Shown piece by piece: positions 24,540 to 37,200 of a DNA stretch of 64,000 nucleotides. Location of the stretch: positions 98,456,001-98,520,000 of the forward strand of contig NC_042997.1 of assembly GCF_006345805.1 (NCBI RefSeq), in the 5' to 3' direction. Each line of letters starts with the position of its first letter. Positions within the stretch are counted from its first letter, which is position 1. The notes beneath the pieces were generated by a model that searched no databases, was not told the origin of the DNA, and saw only the letters and a program-made list of their open reading frames with translations. A program made the translations under genes and the position numbers. Source of the DNA: Octopus sinensis (lineage: Eukaryota).

Positions 24540-25773
24540 GTATGTATGTATATATGCATGTATATGTGTAAGAATATATATATATATGTACGTACACTCA
24601 CAAACACACACACACATATTACATAACATACATACACGAATCCCGTAGAATTACAGCGCCTTAGACCTTCAGTACAAGAAATAGATAAATGTAAAAACTA
24701 TCATTAACTGTATTTGAATACAAAATGAAATAATTCTGCTCATAAATACGGTTTATTAGACAGTAAATACTTTCAATATGGTAACTGCTATTTAAATTAT
24801 TTAATGTCAACTTTAAACTGATATGTAACCAACAAAAGTAATAAATAAACATTTTTATTATGATAATGTGAGCATAAATCGAAGTAAATAAATAATTAAT
24901 GAATGTAAAGATGGAATCGATAAACAATAACCAAACATAAACACCAATCAATAATGTAATTGGATACCATCAAGAAATATGGTTTAAAATATTGATAAAT
25001 ACATTTAAAACAACGGAATTATTTAAATAGTTGTATTCTGAATGAAAGTACTTAACTTGGATTGTTTTATAAACTCCCTTAATAAAAGCTTACATTAGTT
25101 ATTTTCTTGAGAATATAGTGCTTACGGTGTCGGTAGCGGCCGTGCTGGAGAGGAAAATGGTATATCCAAGGCTGGAACAACTTCTGTAACTCAAATCAAG
25201 AACGACTTGAGGCTGAACTAAAACAACAATAGCAATAACAGCGAGTGAAAAGATGCCACGATATCTCAGAATGTATAAGGTTAATGGCAGTTTTCGAATT
25301 ATTGGGAAATATGTGTTTGAGTATTGCGTGTGTGTATTTGTACGTGCGTATGTGTCAGTATATGTGCGTAGGTGTACACCTTAGTGAGCGTATTTATGTA
25401 TTTGCGTGTGTGTATGTGTATGCAAATGAATGACAGGCTACAGATATAAACCAGTAAGACATCAAACAAATGAGCCTCTACTGACTGAGTTGGGATTTCA
25501 CTACATATGGACTGCTGCTTAAGTAGGCAACTACATTGTTGCATTGTAAGAGTGACAGACGGTATATCAATGAGTTCATGAATTGTAGGTATTCTTTAAC
25601 AGTTCTTTTTCAATACCATACAAAAATACATGCATACATAATAAAATAGGAACTTTAATAGCATATTCAAGAGGTTCCGATAAACAAATATGTGTGCGTG
25701 TATTTGAATTTTGGATTTGGTTTGCAAGATTCTTTACATGAGTTCGCGTGTTGACTCTTCCCAGACACAACAG

Positions 25774-25810
<37 letters not shown>

Positions 25811-27524
25811 ATGTGTGTGGCAAAAAGAATTGTATTCTCACGCAGGAAAAAATACAGTAAAATTTGTTTAGAAAATGCACTGAAATCTTAGAAAACGTCT
25901 ATTCGTTTTTAAATAGTCATCAGAGTGTATGACAAAAGTTACACGGACAAAAGCTCCACCTGCAGGGGCACCGCATTGAATAATTTTTAGTCGAATGTAA
26001 CGACACTAGAATTTATTAAAATGATTTACAGCTAGAGCATGAAAGTTAAGCCTAGAGGGTCAGTTCACATGCTAGAAATAACAGCTAAATCCCTTGAAAT
26101 TTTTTTATAACCCACCCCTATCGTTTTTTTTTTATTTTCTAAAGATCTTTTTGCTTGTTTCAGTCATTGGACTGTGGCCATGCTGGTGTCGTAGCTTGAA
26201 GAACATTTGGTCGCAGAAAAATCAGTATTTTAAAATATATTTAAAATCGTCTGTTTTCTTCTCTCAGAATGTACACCTGAGAGGGTTATTTAAGTTGACA
26301 CTTTGAACTTTCTCCTGCCGTTGCAGATCTAATCATTCAAACGTAGTTCTCATCGTTTTTATGTTTCTACACATTTCTTGAAATAACTGCTTTTTCTTTT
26401 GTTAGAATTCAGACAATATGTACATTGAGTAGTAAAGAATCTTGTGTTCTGTTATTCTATTATGGATGATTGATTTTCATTTTCAAACTTTAAAGCTATT
26501 CTAAAAACGAGGAAAATAATTAAAACACACGGAACATACCATTGTGAGGGACATAGATGTTTTGACATCGGCTTTCGATTGAATACATACTGTTTACTTA
26601 AAGTTTTTTTTTACAACCGACATTTCCGCTGTTGTTTAAGGGAAATTATAAAAAGAAATTGTTAGATTTGGCTGTTATTTCTAGTATGTGGAGATACCTT
26701 ATTGACTTAACTTTATGCGCTGGTTGAAAATCGCCTAGAAAAGATTCTGGGGTCGATACATTCGACTAAAAATTATTCAAGGCCGTGCCCCAGCATGGCC
26801 GCAGTCCAGTGACTGAAGCAAGTAAAAAGATTTTTAGAAAATAGGAAAAAAAACGAAGAAAAATAAAAAAATATAACCGAGGGTTTTATAAAAAAAAATT
26901 CAAGAGACTTGGCCGTTACTTCTAGCATGCCGAGATACCTTTTAGGTGATTGAAAATCTAAAAAGATTCTGGGAGCGATACAATCGACTAAATCTTCCTA
27001 ACAGTGGTGCCCCAGCATAGCCACAGTCTAATGACTGCAACAAAACTGAATTATATCACGGAAGTGGTTTTGATCAAGCTTTAAAAAAATGTTGGGTTCC
27101 ATACAGCCATTTAATAATTCTTCCAGGTGGTGACCTAGCATGGCCGGATGCATTAAAAAACAAACTGAAGAAACATCTGGGGCCTATACATTCAACTAAA
27201 AATTCTAAAACGAAAAATATAACAATGGGGTTTTTTTTCCTAGGAGACTTTTATCTGGATCCCGATTTATCCACATATCAAACAAGTTTCGACAAATATT
27301 TTTTTCTGTTTGGTATGTGAACAAAAGTATTTGAAAACGACTAAACATGTTTCAAATTTCAGTTGCCTTTTCACACCTGAAAACCAATCCTCTTACATAC
27401 ATATGTGTACGCGTATAAGTATTGGTGTGTATAAATGTATATGTTTGTACGTGTAAAAGTACATGTGTGTAAAAGTACATGTGTGTAAAAGTACATGTGT
27501 GTAAAAGTACATGTGTGTGTATAT

Positions 27525-27899
27525 TCTTTTATTCTTTTATTTGTTTCAGTCATTTGACTGCCGCCATGCTAGAGCACTACGTTTAGTCGAGCAAATCGAC
27601 CTGAGGACTTATCCATTGTAAGTCTAATATTTATTCTATCGGCCTCTTTTTACCGAACCGCTAATTTACGGTTGTCAAGCGATGTTGGAGAGATAAATAC
27701 AGACACATAAACACAAACACATACATATATAGATACATATAAAACGGCTTTCTTTCAGTTTCCGTCTACCAAGTCCACTCACAAGCCTTTGGTCAGCTCG
27801 AAGCTATAGTAAAAGACACTTGCACAAGGTGCCACGTAGTGGGACTGAACCTGTAACCATGTGGTAAGTAAACTACTTACCACATACCCACTCCTGCGC
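27525..27899 (-). mobile_element. tRNA-derived SINE (family A)
   Basis: Diverged reverse complement of the 48947-49362 element. Confidence 0.85.
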
Positions 27900-27924
27900 G
27901 TATATATGTATATATATATATATA

Positions 27925-28136
27925 TATATATGAAAGAAGGTTTGAAAATGCAATTCTAAAGATGTTTATTCACTTGACCGGTTTCACATTTTTAGAAAAA
28001 GATTGTCAAAAGTAAAATGTAAAGCTTATACAAAGTTTTACATTTTACTTTTGACAATCTTTTTCTAAAAAAATTGAAACTGGTCAAGTGAATAAACATC
28101 TGTAGAATTGCATTTTCAAACCTTCTTTCATATATA
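27925..28136. repeat. Fold-back palindrome carrying a hammerhead-like motif (U3-A8 core) on each arm
   Basis: ~100-bp inverted arms; ACTT-TTGACAA-...-GAAA-CCGG-TC-AAGT at 27972-28013(-) and 28047-28089(+); stem II is weak. Confidence 0.6.
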
Positions 28137-28176
28137 TTTCCAGTCGTGCGGTACCTTACAACTTCACTTTGTTGTG

Positions 28177-28207
<31 letters not shown>

Positions 28208-28396
28208 GAGTGTATTTTTACCTTGTTAACAATTAACACGGAAAAAAAAATAAATAGTTACCAGGGCAGCAAAAATCTCACAAGTAAAGGTGTTGTAACT
28301 CCTTGTTTATAAAGGTAGAAACTTCGTGTTTACGTTGAATATTTTGAATAATATGAATAAAAAATGGAGTTAACGCAGGTGTAATCAAATATTTTT

Positions 28397-28482
28397 ACTT
28401 TCGACACATGTTTCGAAAATTCCACTGATACTATTCAAAAGAATAAATGGTATAAAAAATGCAATCTTCTCCACAGGAAAGT
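28397..28482 (-). ncRNA. PLE pseudo-LTR hammerhead, core CUGUGGA (A6U)
   Basis: Reverse complement of the 30611-30696 motif with one core substitution. Confidence 0.6.
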
Positions 28483-28719
28483 GAAAAAAACGAAACTCGT
28501 CAATAAGACATTTTAGCAAAACATGATGGATTTGTATAGCGATAGACAGAACGCTATTAATATTGTTTAAAAAACGTTATATGATATAACGTCATAAGTA
28601 GCTAACAGAAAGAGTACGGATATTAATAGTGAATGTTAAATATAAAGGAAATTAAAGTTTAAATTATATATAATGATAGAGACTACTTATATGCACTAAA
28701 TGTATGTTTTTGCCAATGC

Positions 28720-30255
28720 TTACATGTGTATGCTCGCTCTATAACCGTGTTTACTAGAGTATTTTTTAGAAAAAATAATGAAAAATAGCTCAGAATTGCA
28801 GAGAAGACAGAATTTCTTGCCTTTGTCATATGGTATCGAAATTGAGAGGATCAACCATTCTAAATGAAATTGTTCATTGTGGTCTTTTAAATCCCAAATC
28901 AGTTTGCTGAGACCGGTACTATTCCGTTTATTTCTATCCCTAAATGTTGAGTAATGGATAGAAATTCTTTTAGACAACTCTAACGATGTGCTTCCAATGT
29001 AAAATCGTACTTTATTACGAGTACTGATTATACACTGGTATATAGAATTTTTGATCTTAGAGTTACTTGACATAAACTTAATTCTATTGGAATTGACTTC
29101 AGATACAATAACCTTGTTATTAATATTTCTGGAGGGTTGGATGGTATTAGCTAAATTAATGTTAGTATTAGTAAATGTATTAATATTTAACAGTTTGTTA
29201 TTATGAGAAGATATAATTTGCAAGAGATATTTTGTGTTTGAAAAACCTATCCCAACCTTATGTGAATTGATTATAGAGTAATATCTAGAATTGTTTGGAA
29301 AATTCCTAGCAATAGCTTGACGAAACAGCAGTGGGAGATTAGATTTAATTTGTATCCCGTAAGGAATTATTAACCAAATATTTTTACTAGTATTCATAGC
29401 GTAATTACTTTTGAAGGTGTTACTTTTAGATCGATAATAGGGGATTAAATAAGGGTTATCTGCCTTCATTTGCTTTGTATCGGTGCGTAAGTTATGTTTG
29501 TTATCAATAATTCTTTTGCGACTAGAAATCTTATCTACATTATTGAATTTACAATTAGACTGAGCAGAATCAATGTAGAAAATTTTTTCTGTATAACCTG
29601 CTTTGATTAAGGCAGAGTTATAGAATTCAGCGTTATTATTGAAAATATCAACATTAGCAGGTAATTTAGATAATCTAAATGAAATATTCTTAACTAAGTT
29701 CTTAGTAATTCCTCCAGGATGATTACTAAATTTGCTAATGTACTTAAGATTGGTCAACGGTTTATGATATGGGAAGTAAGAGTCACTGTGTAAATTAAGC
29801 GTAATATCTAAAAAGTTGGCCTTCGTCAGATCGTCATCAAAAACGATTTTTAAGCCCATTCTACTGAAAAAATTAACTAAACTATTCTTAACATTTTGTA
29901 CCTTTTGGTTGGAAACATTTTGGAGGTAAAGTAAACAATCATCACGATATAGACCTCCATAAATGTTAGGGAACTCTTCAGCCATTTCAAAAAGAATATA
30001 TATACAGACCAAATCTGCTATCTGTGCTGAATCAGAACTTCCCATTGGTATATCGAAACTATCTGGTGTGTCTTTACGGACCCACAACTTATCATCAAAT
30101 TTAATAATAGATCTTCTGGCTGCCAACACAACATTAATTTCTTCTCTGGTGAGACCAGCTTTGTTATGAGCAAGCCAACGTGCCCTATTAAGTACTATTG
30201 GATTAATAGATGAATAAAAATTGGAAATATCAAACTGGATAAACTTAGTACTCAC
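28720..30255 (-). CDS. PLE reverse transcriptase + GIY-YIG endonuclease (N-terminus frameshifted and truncated; homology extends to ~30500)
   Basis: QFDISNFYSSI, FDIPMGSSDSAQIADL, GGLYRDD, NFLDITLNL, PYHKP; GIY-YIG SIYQC...FYIGST...RISIH...CLLCNSE; upstream LKDHK and RLICP motifs. Confidence 0.85.
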   Translation of the reverse strand: MSTKFIQFDISNFYSSINPIVLNRARWLAHNKAGLTREEINVVLAARRSIIKFDDKLWVRKDTPDSFDIPMGSSDSAQIADLVCIYILFEMAEEFPNIYGGLYRDDCLLYLQNVSNQKVQNVKNSLVNFFSRMGLKIVFDDDLTKANFLDITLNLHSDSYFPYHKPLTNLKYISKFSNHPGGITKNLVKNISFRLSKLPANVDIFNNNAEFYNSALIKAGYTEKIFYIDSAQSNCKFNNVDKISSRKRIIDNKHNLRTDTKQMKADNPYLIPYYRSKSNTFKSNYAMNTSKNIWLIIPYGIQIKSNLPLLFRQAIARNFPNNSRYYSIINSHKVGIGFSNTKYLLQIISSHNNKLLNINTFTNTNINLANTIQPSRNINNKVIVSEVNSNRIKFMSSNSKIKNSIYQCIISTRNKVRFYIGSTSLELSKRISIHYSTFRDRNKRNSTGLSKLIWDLKDHNEQFHLEWLILSISIPYDKGKKFCLLCNSELFFIIFSKKYSSKHGYRASIHM

Positions 30256-30610
30256 CTTATTGTTAATAGAACTAAACCAGTCAACTACTTCAAGTGAATT
30301 AGCCCATAAACTAAGTTTTAATGTTTTGATTAAATTAGGAATATATATATCTAGTATATTTTTACTAAGGATACCGATGTCAGAGCTAGAAGGGCAGATA
30401 AGCCTTAATGATGGGTTAGTAAAAGAAAATTGGTTTGTGATCCTTCAAAATGAACCGAGGTTGCTTAGGAACAAGTGGTTCTGTCTTCATTTGTAGGTTA
30501 TATTTCTCCATGATTTTCATAGCCTCAATGTTGGCTTTCTTAAGTATTCTTTTATCAGCAATTTTATACTATTTCTTTATTACTATTTATTGACGAGTTT
30601 CGTTTTTTTC

Positions 30611-30696
30611 ACTTTCCTGAGGAGAAGATTGCATTGTTTATACCATTTATTCTTTTGAATAGTATCAGTGGAATTTTCGAAACATGTGTCGAAAGT
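30611..30696 (+). ncRNA. PLE pseudo-LTR hammerhead with canonical core
   Basis: ACTTTC-CTGAGGA-GAAGATT...AATTTTC-GAAA-CAtgTG-TC-GAAAGT. Confidence 0.75.
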
Positions 30697-30783
30697 AAAA
30701 ATATTTATTACACCTGCGTTAACTCCATTTTTTATTCATATTATATATATATATATATAATGTAACAATTATTCGGTAGACAT

Positions 30784-30844
30784 GACAAAACTCCGAGTTT
30801 CGGATGTCGAGGTGGAAATCCATGCCGCCATCTCTTCAGTTATC
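30784..30844 (-). ncRNA. Type I hammerhead motif of another small element
   Basis: Minus strand: GATAA-CTGAAGA-GATG...CATCc-GAAA-CTCgGAG-TT-TTGTC. Confidence 0.6.
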
Positions 30845-32685
30845 CGGTCATCGGAAAAATGCTATGAAAATAACCGTTATACAAAAGGAAATTACTGTGT
30901 GATTGACCGTTATTAAGACAAAAGAGCTATTCGAATGACCGCTAAGTAAGGGGAGGAAGTAAAGTAAGGGGGTAGAAGGTTCATAGTATTCCCGTAAGCG
31001 CGTCTGATCGTATCTACTTATGTGCGCTCGAAAAACCATTTGCGTGCGTTTAAAGGTATACATTCATCAACAATCACTTGAAAACGTACACATCCTCACT
31101 TTCATCCTTCGCCAAATGTATATGCATATACATACAAACACCCACGCACACACACATAAAGGTTCATACACGCGTCTATATACGCACAAGCACAAGAAAA
31201 AAACAGGGTTAGGGGTAACAATACAGAAAAAAGGCATAAGAGAGTATACAAAGAGTAAACCACGCCTATATACGCACATACCCTTATGCACGCACACACA
31301 CGTCTATATACGCACATACCCGCACACGTCTATTTACGCAAACACACACACGCACGCATAAAAAGGATCATACATACGTCTAACACAAGAAAAAACAGGA
31401 CTAAGAGCAAAAAATCTAAGGGCAAATAAGACTGTTTATTGAAGATCACTGCGCACGCAACCGTGTGTTGCTATCTGTTGGCAGACGACAGAACTAGTCC
31501 GGGAACTTTTTGATACCCCCTCTTACAGCTTAACCTAGTTTTATGGTAATAAACTTTTCAACAAGTTTACGAACTAAAATCTCTTATACTAAACACATAG
31601 CAAATAAATCTTTTACCTTTTACTTGTTTCAGTTAATGAACAACGGCCATGCTAGGGGACCGCCTTAACGAGGTTAGTTAAGCAAATCGACCACTGTACA
31701 TTTTGTTAAGTCTGGTGCTTATCATATCCGTCTCTTTTGCCGAAAGGTAAACAAAGCAACACCTTAGTGAAACACAGTTACAAAGATACATACATAGTAA
31801 TACGCACACACATGATACATACATACATACATACATACATACATACATACATACATACATACATACATACATACATACGTACATATCAACACAAAGCGAC
31901 AAGTCGCGTATTTGGTGTGGGAGGCTACTTATCGAAAATACGATGAATACTATCTCCAACCTAGGAGCCACAACTATCAGCCTTTTTAAATAACTGGTTA
32001 ATCTTCAGATGACTTAACTGAAGGAGTCTTGTATTCACGATCGTAGTGATTTTCGACTGAAACTTGAATTTACAATGCAGGGAGTTATTATAAACAACGA
32101 TTATGTGAACATTGTTCGAAAATAAATGTTCGGAAACAATTATTCCAAAAAAATTTATTCGAATGGAAAATTATTCAAAAGGACAATTATAAGAAATGTT
32201 AATCTATATATATAAAACTGAGAATGTGTGTCTGTCTCTCTCTCTCTGTTTATCTGTCTGTCTGTATGTCTGTCTGTGTGAATCCCTAAAACTTCAGAAC
32301 GACACAACCAATTGCATTCAAATTTTACACATGCCTTACACATGCCATGTAGTGTCATGGGCAAAAAATTAACTTCTTGCTTAGGGCGAGCCCACAGCAA
32401 TATCATATCTTCTCCAGTATTTCAGTATTACGTGTTAAAAGTGAATCAAAAACATCTCTGTAAGCTAATATCAAATGCTTCCACTTTAATAGTGAAACTA
32501 TTATGTAAGTGGCATGAACTGAAAGTGAACATCCCTGTTATATGTATGTAATATACTTTTTTCTGAAACTCCAGACTTTTCAATATGCTACACGACTGGT
32601 TTTAAATTGATATTAATCAAATTAATATTCAATTTTCACCCTTATTATTTTAAATTTAAATTTACATGTATATATATATATATAT

Positions 32686-32717
<32 letters not shown>

Positions 32718-32986
32718 TATAGATGTATATATATATATATTATATATATATATATCTATATATATATATATACATGTATACATATTCATGTATATATACA
32801 TGTATATGTATATATGTATTTCTATTCATATAGATGTATTTGTATACATGTATGTGTGTAGATGTGTATATATATAATATATATATATATATAGATGTGC
32901 ATGTAATATGTACACATATATATATACACATATATGCATGCATACATATATACACCCATACACACATACACACACACACATACATA

Positions 32987-33270
32987 GGTGCAGGTGTGGC
33001 TGTGTGGTAACAAACTTCGTTCCAAAACACATAGTCATGGGTTCAGTCCCACGGTGTGGTGACTTGGCATCTGTCTTCTGCTATAGGTAAACAGAAACTG
33101 AAAGAAATCAATCGTACATATATATATATGTATGTATATATGTAAGTCTATGTGTGTGTCTTTGTGTTTCTCCCTCATCACTGCTTCACAACTGCTGTTC
33201 ATTTGTTTAGAGCCCCATAACTTACTGGTTTCACAAGAAGAAACTGATAGAATAAGTACCAAGCTTATCA
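32987..33270 (+). mobile_element. Diverged SINE (family A)
   Basis: GGTGCAGGTGTGGCTGTGTGG...GGTTCAGTCCCA head and GATAGAATAAGTAC body. Confidence 0.75.
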
Positions 33271-33367
33271 AAATAAAAATAAAAACACTACGTAGTATCT
33301 CATATTTTTGTTTGCCCACATAATTTATCTTTGTGTGTGTGTGTGTGTATACATATGTACATATATG

Positions 33368-33770
33368 CTCTTTTACTTGTTTCAGTCATTTGACTGCGGC
33401 CATGCTGGAGCACTGCCTTTAGTCGAGCAAATCGACCCCGGAACTTATTCTTTGTAAGCCCAGTACTTATTCTATCGGTCTCTTTTGCCGAACCGCAAAG
33501 TGACGGGGACGTAAACACACCAGCATCGGTTGTCAGGCAATGCTAGGGGGACAAACACAGACACACAAACACACAGACACATACACATATATATACATAT
33601 ATACATATATACGACAGGCTTCTTTCAGTTTCCGTCTACCAAATCCACTCACAAGGCATTGGTCGGCCCGGGGCTATAGCAGAAGACTCTTGCCCAAGAC
33701 GCCACGCAGTGGGACTGAACCCGGAACCATGTGGTTGGTTAGCAAGCTACTGACCACACAGCCACTCCTG
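33368..33770 (-). mobile_element. Full-length SINE (family A)
   Basis: Close reverse complement of 48947-49345. Confidence 0.9.
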
Positions 33771-33779
33771 TATATAAAT

Positions 33780-33905
<126 letters not shown>

Positions 33906-34007
33906 ATAAGATTAGCTCGTGTGCGAGTGGATATATATTTGTAAAAAATGAAGTTTGAAAATGCTGCTATATTAGACAAATTTTTATTTTTATATATACA
34001 TTATTTA

Positions 34008-34050
34008 TTTAACATGTTTCGGTTCTTGAAATGACGAACCTTATCAAAAA
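34008..34050 (-). ncRNA. Minimal hammerhead with U3-A8 core variant
   Basis: Minus strand: TTT-TTGATAA-GGTTC-gtcatttcaa-GAACC-GAAA-CATG-TT-AAA. Confidence 0.55.
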
Positions 34051-34069
34051 AAATTATATATAAAAAAGA

Positions 34070-34292
34070 GAGTTCATGCTATATGTTTAAAGAGTATGAT
34101 GTAATAGTTCATAATTGTGACATATATTCAATAGAGTCAAATATAAAAAATTCATATATAATATTCAATAGAGTCAAATATAAAAAATTCATATATATTG
34201 AAGCGAGTCCATGCTATATGTTTAAAGAGTATGATGTAGTAGTTCATAATTGTGACATGCATTCAATAGAGTCAAATATAAAAAATTCATGT
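34070..34292 (+). repeat. Local tandem duplication (~135-bp period)
   Basis: CATGCTATATGTTTAAAGAGTATGATGTA...ATTCAATAGAGTCAAATATAAAAAATTCAT repeated. Confidence 0.85.
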
Positions 34293-35238
34293 TCTTGAAT
34301 AAGCGAGGAGTTCATTTTAGGTTTTACCTTGTGTTCCAATGGGAGCAACTGTAATGATTTTTGGTTGGTGTCTGTTCGTATAGTTTTGGTGAATTTTGTG
34401 ATTGTTTAGGTTTATATCAGCTCAGCTTAGCTGTCTCACTTGCACTTTTCACTGCATGGTGAGGAATATTACATTGGGAGTGGTAACGGCTAGAGTACTG
34501 TAGCTGACTGCTTATTTTGATCATTCGTCTTTTGGTTTCCTGTAGCTTTGCTCTCATTTACAAACCCAGTGAACATATATTTCCTATTTCAAAGAAATTC
34601 AAACAATAGATATAAAACCCAAATTAAAAAGATTCTCAACAATTCAACTTCTCTGGTTGACATTAAGATGCCCACCCCAAATAGGGGCCTTAACTCTCAC
34701 ATTTTAGAGCTCCATGACCTCCATTTTTCAGGAGCAAAATCCTTTTAGCAGGTTCTATAAGACTAGAATTTTGGAATATGCGCATAAAAATCAGTAGTAT
34801 GGGATACATATGGCACGATTACAATTTTTTAGGGTGTATAAAGAGGGAAATAAACCGCATCAACAATTTTGATGAAATTCGAAACATAGATTTTCCTGTT
34901 CATTACAGAAAATATAACAGAAAAGTCTAATTCTTCAATTGTATGTAACACGGGCAACGCCGGGTAACTCTGCTAGTTATTCTAAATTTTTTTTTTTTAT
35001 TTAAATAAAAATGATAAAATTAAAAATATAGTACACTAATGATATTAATTTCTAATAACTGTTTTTCAAATAACTGTTTTGAAACAATTGTTTTCGAACA
35101 ATTTTCATGATACATAAACAGCAAGGTTGGACACAACATCAACAACAGCACAACCAAGAAACAGAACGAAAACACTTGCTCAACAGGTAAACAGATTTCT
35201 AGAAAAGATACAGAAAACAAAACATACAAATCTGCACG

Positions 35239-35270
<32 letters not shown>

Positions 35271-35309
35271 CATACATACATACATACATACATACATACA
35301 TTAAAAAGG

Positions 35310-35520
35310 AATAGTGGTGGAATGTACCAGTGAAGACTTCAATAAAATGTAAGCATAACAGACCTGATATAATGATTTGGGATAGATAAGAGAAACTGTG
35401 CACAGTTGTTGGAAATTAGCTGCCCAGCGGATGTTAACATAAAGCTGAAGATTAGTGAAAATGAGAATACCTATGCTGAACTATAGTTACTGCAGTTACT
35501 TTATGCAGATTACAATTTCG
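35310..35520 (+). pseudogene. Fragment of an RLE endonuclease from a non-LTR element
   Basis: Reads KHNRPDIMIWD...ISCPADVNI with stops and frameshifts. Confidence 0.6.
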
Positions 35521-35529
35521 GGTTTATAC

Positions 35530-35945
35530 TTGTACATCGAAAAGTCACTCCCCACCGCCAGACGGTCAATCGAGATTTCTGTTGCAACGTTTTGAAGCAT
35601 TTGTGGAAGGACATTCGGTGAAAGCAACTGGATTTCTGGAATGCGAATTATTGGATTCTTCACAACGGCAATGAATCCTGTCACCCAGCTCTTCTCACTC
35701 CCGAAATTCTCGCCAAAAACAATTTGGTATCGCGTCTGCCCTATTCGCCTTGGTATCTACCCTGTTCGCCAGACTTCCATCTCTCTCGCAAGATGAAAAT
35801 GCAGCCGTTTTAACACCGTTCTCAAGATCAAGAGCAAATCGCAGAAGGTCATTGACTCGCTTACGAAAAACGACTTCCGGGATTCCAAAAGTGATTAGAA
35901 CGTTGGACCCGTGTATTGCTGCATAATGTGACTATTTCGAACGTG
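35530..35945 (+). pseudogene. Mariner transposase relic (C-terminal part)
   Basis: WILHNGNESCH resembles the WxLHHDNAPAH motif; PYSP-like motif; end similar to the 40560-40640 mariner. Confidence 0.55.
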
Positions 35946-36899
35946 ACGTTAGGTATAATCAAGAATCGAAAGTTGGTCTAATAGAGATTATATTTGCCCC
36001 TTTCCGTATGCAAAATTTGTTGATTTTACACATGCAAATAATATTAGTACATGGCCAGCAAATATTGGCACAAGACCAACAATCGATTACCTCGTTTCCA
36101 GTGCTCTGTTGGAACTTATTTTATCGACCCCGAAAGGATGAAAGGTAAGGTCGAGCTCGGTAGAATTTGATCTCAGAATGTAAAGACGGACGAAATGCCG
36201 CTAAATAATTCGCCCGGCGTGCTAACGATTCTACCGCCTCGCTGCCTTAATATTACACTAGATGATAAATATCACTTTAAATCCATGAAAAAAAAAGTAC
36301 AGTAAGTGATGTATCGTCATAGTACGTTCAGTCGAAAGGCAACTGCATGCTTACATTGGATATATCAAACGAAGGAAAACTCATTAACATACAACTGAAA
36401 TCTAGTGATACAGACATAATTATACCATGATCCAAGACAACTTAAATAACGAAAATATAAAAAGTATCCACAATTCAATTAATTCATTTTTCTAGTTAGT
36501 GCTAACGAAAATGGTATCCCCTACCTTAATCATGAGTAGCGCTCAAACAGAGCGTTCAGTAAATTTATTTTCTATTAATTTTTAAAAAATTAATAGCGAC
36601 TGAAGTAATATTAACACCAAAAGGCAATTTTTATGTACAGCTTAACGTGGATATTTTTCTCGAACACCGAATACTGCGTCTTTTACCTTCAGAAGACTCT
36701 TCATATGGGTACATGCGATTTACCTGTCCAGCCACCGCAGTGGCAGATGATGCAGACTACTTAAGGATTAACTTCTTCGCTGTTACAAGAGGTTCAAGGA
36801 CGATAGAGAGGAGGCGAGAGACGAACATAGGTGTGGAAGGGAGAGAGTCATTAGAACATAAAGACTATGGACATACAAATCATTTTGTTGGATGTGGTC

Positions 36900-37200
36900 C
36901 GGCAACTGTAAACAGAAATGTTCATGAAAATCTGAGCAAAATTTGTACTAAATTTGTTCCCATGGTAACCAGCTACATGATGGAGAAGGATGAGCATCAA
37001 AACTGTCCCTTACCTACTCTCCAGACTTTATTCTGTGTGACTTCTGGTTGATCTCTAAGATAAAGAGCTTAGAAGTGGGAAGTGGTTTTGAAGAGGAAGG
37101 AGATTTGACAAGGGTCCTAGAAACTTTCAGTTTTGAAGACTCCCACAGGGTTTCACGAAGTGATTGGAGCATTAGGTAAGAGAAGCTAGAGATACCTTCG
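36900..37200 (+). pseudogene. Mariner relic (internally deleted)
   Basis: LSKICTKFVP and PYSPDF.LCDFWL-like sequence (CCTACTCTCCAGACTTTATTCTGTGTGACTTCTGG). Confidence 0.5.

Larger units (their letters stand above)
28346..30745 (-). mobile_element. Penelope-like element with pseudo-LTR and inverted 5' pseudo-LTR copy, between (TA)n tracts
   Basis: 28346-28505 is inverted at 30587-30745; internal RT + GIY-YIG ORF; hammerhead in both repeats. Confidence 0.9.
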
